DNA of 64,000 nt. It comes from a bacterium (GTDB lineage: Bacteria; Krumholzibacteriota; Krumholzibacteriia; G020349025). Below, piece after piece: positions 40,601 to 49,739 of the stretch. Location of the stretch: assembly GCA_031362565.1 (NCBI GenBank), contig JANLSU010000107.1, forward strand, positions 1 to 64,000. Direction: 5' to 3'. The position numbers and the translations under genes are program-made. The notes beneath the pieces were generated by a model. It had not been told where the DNA came from. It saw nothing but the letters and a program-made list of their open reading frames with translations, and made no database searches. The first letter of the stretch is position 1; the number at the start of each line of letters is the position of its first letter.

Positions 40601-41535
40601 TCGGCACGTTCGCGCAACACGAGCATCGTGTCCTCGCTCGACTTCAAGCGCTTCGCCACATCCTCGGCGCGCTCACCGGCGGCGCGGAATTCGCGTTCGC
40701 GGTCCACGAGCACGGTCCGCAGCGACTCGATGTGGGCCTCGATAGCGCCTTCGCTGGCGTCGCCTCCGAAACCCTCGACCCGCAACCCCTCGAGTTGCGA
40801 TTCGAGCTCCGCGGCTTCGGTGCGATACTCGAACAGGCGCTTCTGCGCCAGGAACGTCTCGCAAGTGCGCAGTTTCTCCTGCAGTTCTTGATAACGCCGT
40901 GCCCGGCCCATTTGCCGCCTGAGCGATCGCACCGTGCGGGCGATCTCGTCGATGATGTCGTTCAGGCGCAGCAGATCCTGGTCGGTGAGTTCGAGCTTGC
41001 GCACGGCTTCCTTGCGGCGCATGCGGTACTTCATGATGCCGCTGGCTTCCTCGAACAGGAAGCGGCGCGATTCTTCGTGGCCGTTGATGACGCCGTCCAC
41101 CATCTCGCGCTCGATGATCGAGTACGCGTGGCTGCCGGCGCCGGTATCCATGATGAGATCCTTGATGTCCTTCAGCCGGCACGACGCACCGTTCAACAGG
41201 TAGTCGCTCTGGCCATCGCGGGTCAAACGGCGGGTCAGCTTGACCTCGTCATAGGCCACGGGCAGGCGCCCTTGATTGTTGACGAAGGTGATCGAGACCT
41301 CGGCCAAACCGAGCGGCTTGCGCAACTTGGTGCCGCCAAACACGACGTTCTGCATCTTCTCGCCGCGCAATTGCTTGGCGCTCTGTTCACCGAGCACCCA
41401 GCGCAACGAGTCGACGACGTTCGACTTCCCGCAGCCGTTCGGCCCCAAGATCGAAGTGATCCCGCCGCCGAAATCGAGTTGCACGGGATTCATGAACGAC
41501 TTGAAACCAGCCAGTTCGAGTCGCTTGATCTGCAC
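37690..41535 (-). CDS. smc: Chromosome segregation protein SMC
   Basis: GFKSF, GPNGCGKSN, coiled coils, hinge, LSSGE, FDEVDAPLD. Confidence 0.97.
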   Translation of the reverse strand: MQIKRLELAGFKSFMNPVQLDFGGGITSILGPNGCGKSNVVDSLRWVLGEQSAKQLRGEKMQNVVFGGTKLRKPLGLAEVSITFVNNQGRLPVAYDEVKLTRRLTRDGQSDYLLNGASCRLKDIKDLIMDTGAGSHAYSIIEREMVDGVINGHEESRRFLFEEASGIMKYRMRRKEAVRKLELTDQDLLRLNDIIDEIARTVRSLRRQMGRARRYQELQEKLRTCETFLAQKRLFEYRTEAAELESQLEGLRVEGFGGDASEGAIEAHIESLRTVLVDREREFRAAGERAEDVAKRLKSSEDTMLVLRERAESTRESRAAANAEIAVTGQRLAQVALDRDRLAARHADFEAQIIVERQAFQSRKDQLAVCEERHEAARAEVLQVKQRTFNFAQDSAARRSELDLARAKFEAQELRAQELEEELEIDAARIARLTDEHAEVGRQLADADAACVTGRTGLQATGERIESFLDRLERRREERADLASRLEATRSRREMLQAMIDAYEGYGEGARALLQRHAPSGRVLGTLAEHVRAPAGLEAAFDALLHDVVDALLVSDASGALGLVHELRGEKLGRATLMLPDAPAEGGPRLAADLASRSGVIGRAGDLLEGDAPAWLRRLLSHSLVVEDVATALDALAACGDTAVRIATRDGMLVTGAGAVSGGVDRERDVRLLGRRQRLDELDEEMRVVGAEIAQVVASLAVLDSELGLQREERLRLDATLRADESRRNDLSVARATLETSIAEASAHRAQAGATHAVVEAELETMSALLPDLTQDAERVGREEGDHGRALAEREVAFTELDRERERLRHEVGEARVAFVTLQGEAESHARQLERLQELERELHDISARRRDEIERAERDLERYAAELETSTALAGELSGELGVARAAQNEIGLLLDAQRAEIDAEQGRLHELEKARREAQGRRHHAEMALAECNMRRQNLAERMTENYQMSEDELAALMFVWTDADPIPDDLVVRDLRDEIGRLGPVNLLALEEHEEKAARLTFLEAQREDLLKASQSLHETIERINQTAQFLFLETYEQVREHFRETIRTVFDGGEGDLVLADPADPLETDIEILVRPRGKKIDTLTQLSSGERALTAIALLFSIYLVKPSPFCVFDEVDAPLDDANIGRFVNLLQEFKGRTQFIVITHNKLTMEAADRLYGVTMEEEGVSKLVSVSLDGELKGEPKELKKKTQRVARAAALLTPTAEALAGVAAGAVLDTNDPESVTLTTRRGAARLDRNFPGVESPGEGAGTAVLDVAPPDSDPAGDAREAGEEPRV

Positions 41536-41604
41536 GAGTCCACTCCTCGGGTCGCCGCGAATGCGCGGCCCTGCCCAACAACCCCATGCACGAAGTGCCG
41601 CGCT

Positions 41605-43767
41605 TCAGCGCGGCAACTTGTGCACCTGCGCATAGCTGTAACCTGGAATCTGAAGGATCGCGTCGCTCGCCGCTTTGGCTTCCGCAACGGTGGAGTAGCG
41701 CCCCACGTACACCCGATACCAGATCCCCTTGCTCCCCAAATCCGTTTCGAGCGCGTTCGCCGTGAAGCCGTGCTTCTGCAGCGCCGCAATTTCCTTCGAG
41801 GCCTGTGCGAGCGTTTGATACGAAGCGATGTGCACACCATACGCGATGGCGCCCGCCGGCGGGCTGGCCGCAGCTGCCGGCGCGGACGACGATTGCCGGG
41901 ATGTTGCCGGCGTGCTGAGCGGCAGTGCCGGCGGTGACAGCGATTGCCGCGGTGTCAGCGGCGCGCCGGTCCAGTCCAATGCCGACTTCGCCGGCTGCGG
42001 CGACGGCGTGACCGGCAACGGTGATTGCACCGGCTGCCGCTGCGCCACGGGCGGCGGTACCTGCGTCGCCGGTGCCTGGGTGGCCGGTGGTTTGACCGCG
42101 CCGCTGCCGACATCGGTTGCCGGGTTCGGCCGCGTCCCATTGCCGGCAGCCGCGTCGTTGTCGTTCGGCGCGGCTTGTCCGCCGGCCGGCTTTGGTGATT
42201 CCGGCGCCGACGCCGCGTTGTCCTTGGGTTCGTTGTCCGGCACGGGCCGCGCGCCGCCACCGCTCTTCACGGGCTGTTCGGCGCCGATCTCGATCTGGTC
42301 GATCTGCCCGGCTCGATGCCGCACCCACAAGGCCACACCCACAAAGCCCACGATCAACGTCATGAGTGCCAACACGAGGATCGTCGGCCACCGGGACGTA
42401 CGGCCCTCGGATTCGAATGCGAACTCCGTATTCGACAAGTCGACGCCGCTCGCGGCGGCGTTCGACTCCTCGCGGCTGCGCCGCGCAAGCACCGGCGGAC
42501 TATCGTCGAGATCCGTCGACGCGAACAGCGACGAGGCCCGCGCCGGCGGCGCGGTGCGTTGCGTTACACTCTCGTCGCCCACGGGCTCGCTCGGACGCGA
42601 CGGGGCGAGCGACGGAAAAGGCTCGAAGGGCGACGGCGCGGCGGTGTTGCGTTGCGAATCGAGGCGCGCCGGCATCGGCGGTTCGATCACATCACGTGAT
42701 GCGGCGGGTTCCGGCGCTTCGGCTTCGGCGCCGATGCGCCCCCAGTCGAAATCCGCGGCGCTGAAATCCGCCAGAACCGGGGCCACTGTAGCGTCCGCGG
42801 TGGCAGCCAGATCGCGACGCTGTTCGGCTTCGACATCGGCGGCCGCCTCGGCGGCGGCATCGGCGTTCGGCGGGCGCGGACCGGCGAGCGATTCGAGTTC
42901 GTCCCTCGCATACAAGAAACCCGGATCGAACTGTGGCGGGCTCGCGGGCGGTGCAAATGGTGCGTCGCGCCGTTCGGGCGCTTCGAAGGGACGTTCGAAC
43001 GGCGGCGGCGGCGCGGGTTCGAGAGTTGCGGCTTCAGCGGCCGCGTGCCACAGCACCCCCAGCACGTGGGAGTTGCCACGCTGCAAGTCACCCAAGGCAT
43101 CGACCAATTCCTGCGCCGCCTCGGGTTCCGATTCGTCGCCGGCGTACAGCACGTGGTCGCAAACCCGCGCCAATGGGTGAATGTCACTGCGAATCGACAG
43201 GGGCCCGACATAAATCGCCAGATCGCACATTTGCGAGACTCGGAAAACCACACTGCGCAGCGCCTCGGCCGACACCGGCGCCGGATCGTCCATCGGAAAC
43301 GAACCGGCCGGCAGCACCCAAGGTCCTTCGGGCACCGGATGCAGCAGCAACGCCCGCGTCGAGCGCCCGAACCGCACCATATCGATCAAGCCCTCGGAGT
43401 TCGGGTCGAACACGAGCCCGCTCAAGCCCGGCCGCAAGAAATCTGCATCGACAATGATGACCTGGCGGCCGTGCGGCGCCAGACCGAGGGCGATTTGCAC
43501 CGCGGCATGATGGCGCGCGAGCGTGTCGTTGCGCCGGCCTGTCACGTAGATCGAGACTCCGCGCCCGCCGCCCAGAAGCCGCAAGACACGCTGCGTGAGG
43601 GGTGCGACTTCGGCGCGATAGCTGGCAGGTTCCAAATCGGTGGCGACGAGATGCCCGGCGGGATGCGGCGTCGTCACGACCAGTTGTTCCGCGGCAAGGC
43701 CGAGCCCTTGCAGACGATCGCGCATCCAGCGCTGCGAGGCCGCGAGCCCGGGTCGGCCGGTCGTCAT
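41605..43767 (-). CDS. Membrane protein: degenerate CpsD/CapB-like P-loop domain, linker, TM, Pro-rich stalk, SPOR domain
   Basis: VIIVDADFLRPGL, VLPAG, VLGVL; TM ILVLALMTLIVGFVGVALW; SPOR YGVHIASY...GIWYRVYVGRY. Confidence 0.8.
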   Translation of the reverse strand: MTTGRPGLAASQRWMRDRLQGLGLAAEQLVVTTPHPAGHLVATDLEPASYRAEVAPLTQRVLRLLGGGRGVSIYVTGRRNDTLARHHAAVQIALGLAPHGRQVIIVDADFLRPGLSGLVFDPNSEGLIDMVRFGRSTRALLLHPVPEGPWVLPAGSFPMDDPAPVSAEALRSVVFRVSQMCDLAIYVGPLSIRSDIHPLARVCDHVLYAGDESEPEAAQELVDALGDLQRGNSHVLGVLWHAAAEAATLEPAPPPPFERPFEAPERRDAPFAPPASPPQFDPGFLYARDELESLAGPRPPNADAAAEAAADVEAEQRRDLAATADATVAPVLADFSAADFDWGRIGAEAEAPEPAASRDVIEPPMPARLDSQRNTAAPSPFEPFPSLAPSRPSEPVGDESVTQRTAPPARASSLFASTDLDDSPPVLARRSREESNAAASGVDLSNTEFAFESEGRTSRWPTILVLALMTLIVGFVGVALWVRHRAGQIDQIEIGAEQPVKSGGGARPVPDNEPKDNAASAPESPKPAGGQAAPNDNDAAAGNGTRPNPATDVGSGAVKPPATQAPATQVPPPVAQRQPVQSPLPVTPSPQPAKSALDWTGAPLTPRQSLSPPALPLSTPATSRQSSSAPAAAASPPAGAIAYGVHIASYQTLAQASKEIAALQKHGFTANALETDLGSKGIWYRVYVGRYSTVAEAKAASDAILQIPGYSYAQVHKLPR

Positions 43768-45176
43768 CGCTTCCCCCCCGGCGCGGCAAGAGCCGCGCGC
43801 ACCGCCCCAACGAGCTCTTCCACTTCGCCTTCACTGATGCATCGCATGTCGAGCCCGACCCAGTCGTCCTTGATGCGTGGCGCGACCGCTGGATTCCCCG
43901 CGCGCAAACGCCGCGCCAACTCGGGTGCCCGCATCGTGTGGGCGCGCACCCGCACCTCGAACGACGGCAGATCCAGATCCGCAAATGACCCGCCGCCGAC
44001 GGTCGCAATCCCGGGCGCCAGCTCGAAGTCGGCCGCCGCAAGATTTCGCAACCGGTCGAGCAATCGACGCGCGCGCGCTTCGAGATCCTCGGGCGGGGTC
44101 AAGAGCAGCCGCAACGCCGGTATTTCGCCCTCGGCGCGGCGACCCGAGGCGTATGAGAGCAGAGTCGCCTGGAGAGCCGCAAGTGTTAATTTGTCAATGC
44201 GGAGCGCGCGCGCGAGTGGATTTCGCCTCAAGGCTGCGATGACCTGGCGTGACCCCACTAAAAGCCCGGCTTGTGGACCACCCATCAGCTTGTCGCCGCT
44301 CATCGTCACGAGATCCGCGCCGGCGGCCAGTGCACTACGCACGTCGGGTTCGCCAGGGAAACCGTACGCGTCCAGTGGATCGATCACACCGGCGCCCAAG
44401 TCGTACACGACGAGAGCGCGGCGGCGCTTCGCGACCTCGACCAATTCCGCGATGCTTGCTTCACGCGTGAACCCGCGGACCGCAAAGTTGCTGCGATGCA
44501 CCTTGAGAAGTACCGAGCCGGGCGTCTCGGCCGCCGCTTCGTAGTCGGCGGGCGTGGTGCGATTGGTCGTGCCGATTTCGTGGATCGGAACGTGCGCCCG
44601 GGCCAGGATGTCGGGCAGGCGAAAGCCGTCGCCGATCTCCACCAGCTCGCCCCGCGACACAACGACACCAGGAGCGCCAAGTGTATCGATTGCAAGGAGT
44701 ACCGCCGCTGCGTTGTTGTTGACCGCGAAGGCGGCTTCGGCGCCCACCAGCCAAGCCAAGAGTGGCGCCACGTGATCCATCCGGCTCGTGCGCTCGCCGC
44801 GCTCCAGATCATATTCAAGGTTGGTGTAGCCGCGGCCGGCCAGCTCGACGGCGCGTAACGCCGGCTCGGAAAGCGCCGCGCGCCCCAGGTTGGTGTGCAG
44901 GATCACGCCAGTTGCATTCAAGACCCGCCGCAGGCTGGGAGTTGAAAGCACCTTCAACCGCCGGGCGGCCGATGCGGCCACGGCGCCCTCGGCCGCCGCC
45001 CGGTCCGCAGGTGCCGGCCCACCGCTGCGGAGTGCGTCGCGAAAGGCGTCGACTTCTTCCTGAATGATGCGGACGACCAAATCGTGAGCGAGTGCTTCGA
45101 CGGGCGCGGCGAGCGCCGGATGTCGCAGCACCTGATCCACTTTCGGAACGAGCCGCAGCCGCTCAATGTCCGCCAT
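43764..45176 (-). CDS. selA: L-seryl-tRNA(Sec) selenium transferase
   Basis: NATGVILHTNLGRA, VNNNAAA, SRGELVEIG, GTTNRT, KVHRSN, SGDKLMGGPQAG. Confidence 0.96.
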   Translation of the reverse strand: MADIERLRLVPKVDQVLRHPALAAPVEALAHDLVVRIIQEEVDAFRDALRSGGPAPADRAAAEGAVAASAARRLKVLSTPSLRRVLNATGVILHTNLGRAALSEPALRAVELAGRGYTNLEYDLERGERTSRMDHVAPLLAWLVGAEAAFAVNNNAAAVLLAIDTLGAPGVVVSRGELVEIGDGFRLPDILARAHVPIHEIGTTNRTTPADYEAAAETPGSVLLKVHRSNFAVRGFTREASIAELVEVAKRRRALVVYDLGAGVIDPLDAYGFPGEPDVRSALAAGADLVTMSGDKLMGGPQAGLLVGSRQVIAALRRNPLARALRIDKLTLAALQATLLSYASGRRAEGEIPALRLLLTPPEDLEARARRLLDRLRNLAAADFELAPGIATVGGGSFADLDLPSFEVRVRAHTMRAPELARRLRAGNPAVAPRIKDDWVGLDMRCISEGEVEELVGAVRAALAAPGGKR

Positions 45177-45323
45177 TCACGCTCCCATCGACTTGTGTGG
45201 CTCCGCAGCATAGCATCCTGCCCGCCAGGCGTAACCTGCCGCGGCACGCGGCGCCGGCAACAGGGAGCTTCGAGAGCAACAACTTACTGCTACGACCTCA
45301 GCTGGAACACGAAGGAGTGCTGC

Positions 45324-47543
45324 ATGCGGTGCGGACGCGGTCGCCGGACGTTCGGGTTAGGGCTCGGCGTCGCCATGGCGATCGGAGCCTGCGGCGGGCC
45401 TGCCGCTCGCAGGGCCGGGCACCCGTTGCCGCCGGGCCTTTACGCCACGGCGCCCTCACTCGTGGGCGCCAACGTCGCCGTGCTCCGCGGCCGCCGCATC
45501 CTCATCGATCCCGGGCATGGCGGGCGCTTCGAGGGGACGGAAGGAGTCGAGCACACGCGCGAAGGCGATGTGAACCTCGGAGTGGCGTTGCACCTCTGGG
45601 GCCTCCTGCATGATGCCGGCGCCGACGTCTTTCTCACCCGCGCCAGCGATCGTGACCTCCTCGGACCCGGCGGCGGCGCATTGCGCGACGATTTGAAGGC
45701 GCGCGTCGCGCTCCTCGACTCGCTACGGCCGGACGTTTTCCTGTCGCTGCACCACAACAGCAATGCGGCGCTCGACCGTGAACGCAACGGCATCGAGACG
45801 TACTACAAACTCGAAGACGACGGCCCATCCTACGATCTCGGGCGCGCGATTCATGGCCAGCTCGTGCGCGCCCTCGGCATCGACAACGCCCACTTGGCGC
45901 CGGGAAACTATTTTGTCCTGCGCGGCGCGCGGACCGCAGCCGTCCTCGGTGAGGCGAGCTATCTCTCGAATCCGGCCGTCGAATCGCGCTTGCAGCTCGC
46001 CGCGAGTCAGAAGCTGGAAGCCGAGGCCTATTTCCTCGGGATCATCGACTATTTCGCGCGCGGCATCGCGACGGTGGAAAAGACATCCCCGGCCGGCGAC
46101 ACGCTCGACGTCGGCGGCGTCATGCGTTTTCGCGTCGCGGCGGGTCTCGAACCCGCGACTGCCGAAGTCCGGGTCGATGGCCGGCCGCTGGCAGTACGCG
46201 CCTTCGCCGGCGAGTTCATCGCCGCCGGTGATCTGGCGGCGGGCGTGCACACGGTTGCGGCCACCGCGCGCTTGGTCGGCGGCAATGCGGCGCGCGCCTG
46301 GCGCGGCGAACTGGTCGTGTACGCGCCGCCGGTGCGCGCGGTGCTCGATGCTGCACCACCCAGCCTCGAACCCGGCGGCGCGGCGCACATCGAAGCCCGC
46401 ATCCAGGACCGCAGCGGACGCGCCGTCGCGGACGGCGTGCATGTGACGTGGGACGCGACCGGCGCCACTCTCCTCGATGCCGATTCGGTCACCGCCGGTG
46501 GCGTCGCCATCGCCGTCGTGCGAGCCACCACCGCGGCGCCGCGCGTGCGGGTGCGATCCGGCAGCGTCATCGCCGAACTCGCACTCGCGGTCGCAGCCGG
46601 CACCAACGGCGTCGAGTGGCGGCGCATCGTCGACGCGCGGCGCGGCGTGCCGGTTGCCGACGCTTGGTCGGACCTTGGAACGCACAGCGATCGTCGCGGC
46701 TGGATCGCACTGTCGAACCGCGTGACGGATGTGCGCCGGCAGGGCTACGTGCCGTGGCGCGGCACGGCAGCGCGTGATTCCGCACTGCGCCTCGAGCCGC
46801 TCGCCGGTGGGGTGTGGCTCGACTTGCCGCTCGTTCTCGATCCGGCGGGCAACGGCGGCGAAGCAACCCGCACCGATCTCGGATTCGCGCCCGCCGATGT
46901 GGCCTCCGAGATCACCCAGAGCGTCCAAACGATGCTCGCGGCGAGCGGCGCCCGCGCCGTGTCGACGCGTGGCGCCGCCGATGCGGTGACCGATCTGGAT
47001 CGCGTCCGCCTGGCGGCGCGGACCGGCGCCCGCTGGTTCGTGCGCATCGAAGTCGTGTCCGCCGGTCCCGGCGCCGTCCTGTACTACCCCGGCAGCGCCG
47101 ATGGCGAGCGGCTGGCGAATGCATTGGGGCGGGCGCTCGGGCGGCGCCAACTCGGCCCCGCGCTGGTGCGCACCGATACGCGCTGGGTGTTGCAACAGAC
47201 GCCCTGTCCGGCGGTCGCCGTGCAATTGCTTGCCACCGCGGTCCGGTCGGCGGCGGAGCGCCGTGAAGCCGCGGTCGCTATCGTGCAGGGGCTCCGAAAC
47301 ACCCTCGACCCGGCGGCCGAACTCCTGCCACCACTCGCCGGCCATGTCGATGCGGCCGGATCCGGACTCGTGACCCTCGACGATGCGGAGACGGTGCCGC
47401 TCACCGTCCGCGGCACGTTTCGCTTCGATGCGGTGCGCGCCGGATTCCATCGTCTATCGCTCTTGGACGGCGCAACGCCGGATACGCTCGTGCAGGTGAA
47501 CGGGCAGGATACGACCTATGTTGAAATTGCGCCGCGCCACTGA
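45324..47543 (+). CDS. N-acetylmuramoyl-L-alanine amidase lipoprotein (Amidase_3, Ig-like repeats, second degenerate amidase domain)
   Basis: AAGGAG RBS; lipobox IGAC; IDPGHGG, REGDVN, SLHHN, LGEASY. Confidence 0.88.
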   Translation: MRCGRGRRTFGLGLGVAMAIGACGGPAARRAGHPLPPGLYATAPSLVGANVAVLRGRRILIDPGHGGRFEGTEGVEHTREGDVNLGVALHLWGLLHDAGADVFLTRASDRDLLGPGGGALRDDLKARVALLDSLRPDVFLSLHHNSNAALDRERNGIETYYKLEDDGPSYDLGRAIHGQLVRALGIDNAHLAPGNYFVLRGARTAAVLGEASYLSNPAVESRLQLAASQKLEAEAYFLGIIDYFARGIATVEKTSPAGDTLDVGGVMRFRVAAGLEPATAEVRVDGRPLAVRAFAGEFIAAGDLAAGVHTVAATARLVGGNAARAWRGELVVYAPPVRAVLDAAPPSLEPGGAAHIEARIQDRSGRAVADGVHVTWDATGATLLDADSVTAGGVAIAVVRATTAAPRVRVRSGSVIAELALAVAAGTNGVEWRRIVDARRGVPVADAWSDLGTHSDRRGWIALSNRVTDVRRQGYVPWRGTAARDSALRLEPLAGGVWLDLPLVLDPAGNGGEATRTDLGFAPADVASEITQSVQTMLAASGARAVSTRGAADAVTDLDRVRLAARTGARWFVRIEVVSAGPGAVLYYPGSADGERLANALGRALGRRQLGPALVRTDTRWVLQQTPCPAVAVQLLATAVRSAAERREAAVAIVQGLRNTLDPAAELLPPLAGHVDAAGSGLVTLDDAETVPLTVRGTFRFDAVRAGFHRLSLLDGATPDTLVQVNGQDTTYVEIAPRH

Positions 47544-47611
47544 AAGGTCTCCCCCGTAGCTCGCCAACCGCATGGAGGAATATCTTCGGTTGTAGAACCG
47601 AAGGAGATGCG

Positions 47612-49723
47612 ATGCCTTGGGCGTGGCAACCCGAACCCGGCGCGGCGGGTGATGCAGGCTGGCCGGACGGCGTCGTCGCCGGGCTTTGGGCGGTCGCGGG
47701 ACTGGCGCTCGTGGTGCCCATCGCCGCCCACGTTTGGCCCGCCGCGTTCTTGCCGCCGCCGACCGGACGGCTCGATTTCGCCTCCAACATTCGGGTCTTC
47801 AAAGCGCTGTTGGTTCTCGAAGGCATCGCTGCTCTCGGCCTCGCGGCTCTCGTTGCAAAGCGCGGCCGCTGGTTGCGACGCGCCCGCGGCCTCGAAATGT
47901 TGGACCGGCATGCTGGATTCGGACTGGCGTTCCTGGCCGGCGTGCACGCACTGTGCCTCCTGTTCGTGCTGCCCCCGCAGCAGCTCCTGTCGAACGAGCC
48001 CATCCATACCAGTGCGCATTTGTCGCATGCCTACCGCGTGTTCGCCGGCGACCGCATTCTGTCGGATGGCGGGCGCTGGTCGGGCTACGACCCGTTCTTC
48101 ATGGGCGGAGCCCCGGCGGGAATCGCCTTCGATTGGGATACGCGCGGTGAGACGCTGTTCGCGCATGCCGGCGCATTTCTCGGGCTGGCGCTCGCCGCCA
48201 AGGGATTCGCGGTTCTCGTGCATCTGGCTTTGCCGTTCGTGTTGTGGGGTACAGCGCGCGCGACCGGCGCGGGACGCGGGCCGGCCGTCCTCGGAACCTG
48301 GGCCGGAATCACGTTTTGGAACGCCGGACGGCCGCTGGTCGGGACACTGCGCTGGCTGGGTTTGTACTCGTGGCTCGCAGCTTCGCTGCTGGCGCTCGTG
48401 GCGCTCGCCGGTGCATCCGACCTGTTGGCCGACGATCACCGGCGCCGCGCCCGCGGCGCCGCATTGCTGGCGGTGAGTTCACTCTTGCTGCCATTCGTGC
48501 AGCCGGCAGCCGCGGTGCTTCTGTTGCCGGTGTTCGCATGGCTCGCCATTGCCGGCCGCGGCACCTTGCGCGGTCGCGATGGCGCGGCGGTCGCGGCGAT
48601 TGCCGCCCTCGGCCTCATGATGCTCGCATTGACGTTGCTGCCGGCGTGGCCGCAACGTGCTTGGCTCGAAGCTGCCGAGCCGGCGGCCGTGGTGCGGAGC
48701 GCATCGGACCTCGCCGCGATGCTCTTCCGCCCCGGCGCGCTACCGGCAGCGTTTTTCGTCGCCGCCGGCACCGCGACACTCCTGTGGCAGATCAGCGCGC
48801 GTTCGCCCCGGGCGATTCTGGTGGCGGGAACCGCGACGACGTGGCTGGTGATCGCCGTTCTTGCAGGGCGCGTCGAAGCGTTCACGTGGCTCGACTCGGG
48901 CCGCATCATCGTGCCGGCGATGCTCGTCCTCGCAACGAGCGCCGGCGCGGCCCTCTGGCGCGGCGCGCTGGCCATCGAACGCACCGGCGGCCGCGCCTGT
49001 GCGATGCTCGCCGTCGTGACACTCTTAGGCGTGCCTCCGGTGCTGGCGTGCCTCGACGGGCGTTTCTTTGCCGTGCACCGGCTGGATGCGACCCTCGATG
49101 CCAGCGTCCGCACCTTGCTCGCAACCCTCGATGCCAATGCGCCGCCCGAAGGACGGGTGCTCTTCGAACGCACCGCGGATCGCACGACGCCGATCTCCGA
49201 AGGTGAGCCGCTCGAAGCGCTGGTGCCGATCCATACCCGGCGCGCGCTCACCGGCGCCCTCGAACCGCGCGGCATCGTCGCGGCGAGCGGCCTCGAACTC
49301 GCCGATGGCCGCCTGGGCGGGAAGGCGCTCGACCATTGGAGCGCCGAAACCTTGGCGCCATTGTTGGAACGTTGGGACGTCAGCACGGTGGTTGCGTGGT
49401 CGGCGGCAGCGCGGGCGTTCGTGACGCGCTGGCCGGCGATTCTCGAACCGGTGGCCGAAGTGCAGGGCTTCATGATCCTGCGCGCGACGCGCGCGCCGAA
49501 TGCGGTGCTCGAAGGCGATGGCCACGTCGTCGTGAACTACGATCGCATCGAGATTCAGCAGGCGTACGCCCCGGCGGTGCTGCTCAAGTTGCATTGGATC
49601 GATGGACTCGAAGCGACGCCGGCGGTGCGGCTCCAACGCGTGCCCGTCGACGACGACCCGCGCGGCTTGTTGCGCGTCGACCTGGCGGGTGCGACGCGAG
49701 TCGTGATTCGACCCCGGCGCTGA
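47612..49723 (+). CDS. Polytopic membrane protein, GT-C/YfhO-like
   Basis: Many TM helices; WSGYDPFFMGGAP loop resembles the YfhO WNPxxxxGxP motif; soluble C-terminus. Confidence 0.6.
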   Translation: MPWAWQPEPGAAGDAGWPDGVVAGLWAVAGLALVVPIAAHVWPAAFLPPPTGRLDFASNIRVFKALLVLEGIAALGLAALVAKRGRWLRRARGLEMLDRHAGFGLAFLAGVHALCLLFVLPPQQLLSNEPIHTSAHLSHAYRVFAGDRILSDGGRWSGYDPFFMGGAPAGIAFDWDTRGETLFAHAGAFLGLALAAKGFAVLVHLALPFVLWGTARATGAGRGPAVLGTWAGITFWNAGRPLVGTLRWLGLYSWLAASLLALVALAGASDLLADDHRRRARGAALLAVSSLLLPFVQPAAAVLLLPVFAWLAIAGRGTLRGRDGAAVAAIAALGLMMLALTLLPAWPQRAWLEAAEPAAVVRSASDLAAMLFRPGALPAAFFVAAGTATLLWQISARSPRAILVAGTATTWLVIAVLAGRVEAFTWLDSGRIIVPAMLVLATSAGAALWRGALAIERTGGRACAMLAVVTLLGVPPVLACLDGRFFAVHRLDATLDASVRTLLATLDANAPPEGRVLFERTADRTTPISEGEPLEALVPIHTRRALTGALEPRGIVAASGLELADGRLGGKALDHWSAETLAPLLERWDVSTVVAWSAAARAFVTRWPAILEPVAEVQGFMILRATRAPNAVLEGDGHVVVNYDRIEIQQAYAPAVLLKLHWIDGLEATPAVRLQRVPVDDDPRGLLRVDLAGATRVVIRPRR

Positions 49724-49739
49724 ACGGATTCCGCGGCGG

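Noticed and set aside
43764..45176. Selenocysteine cluster or UGA-readthrough selenoprotein near selA
   Set aside because: No selB, selD or tRNA-Sec recognised, and no gene here appears interrupted by an in-frame UGA.
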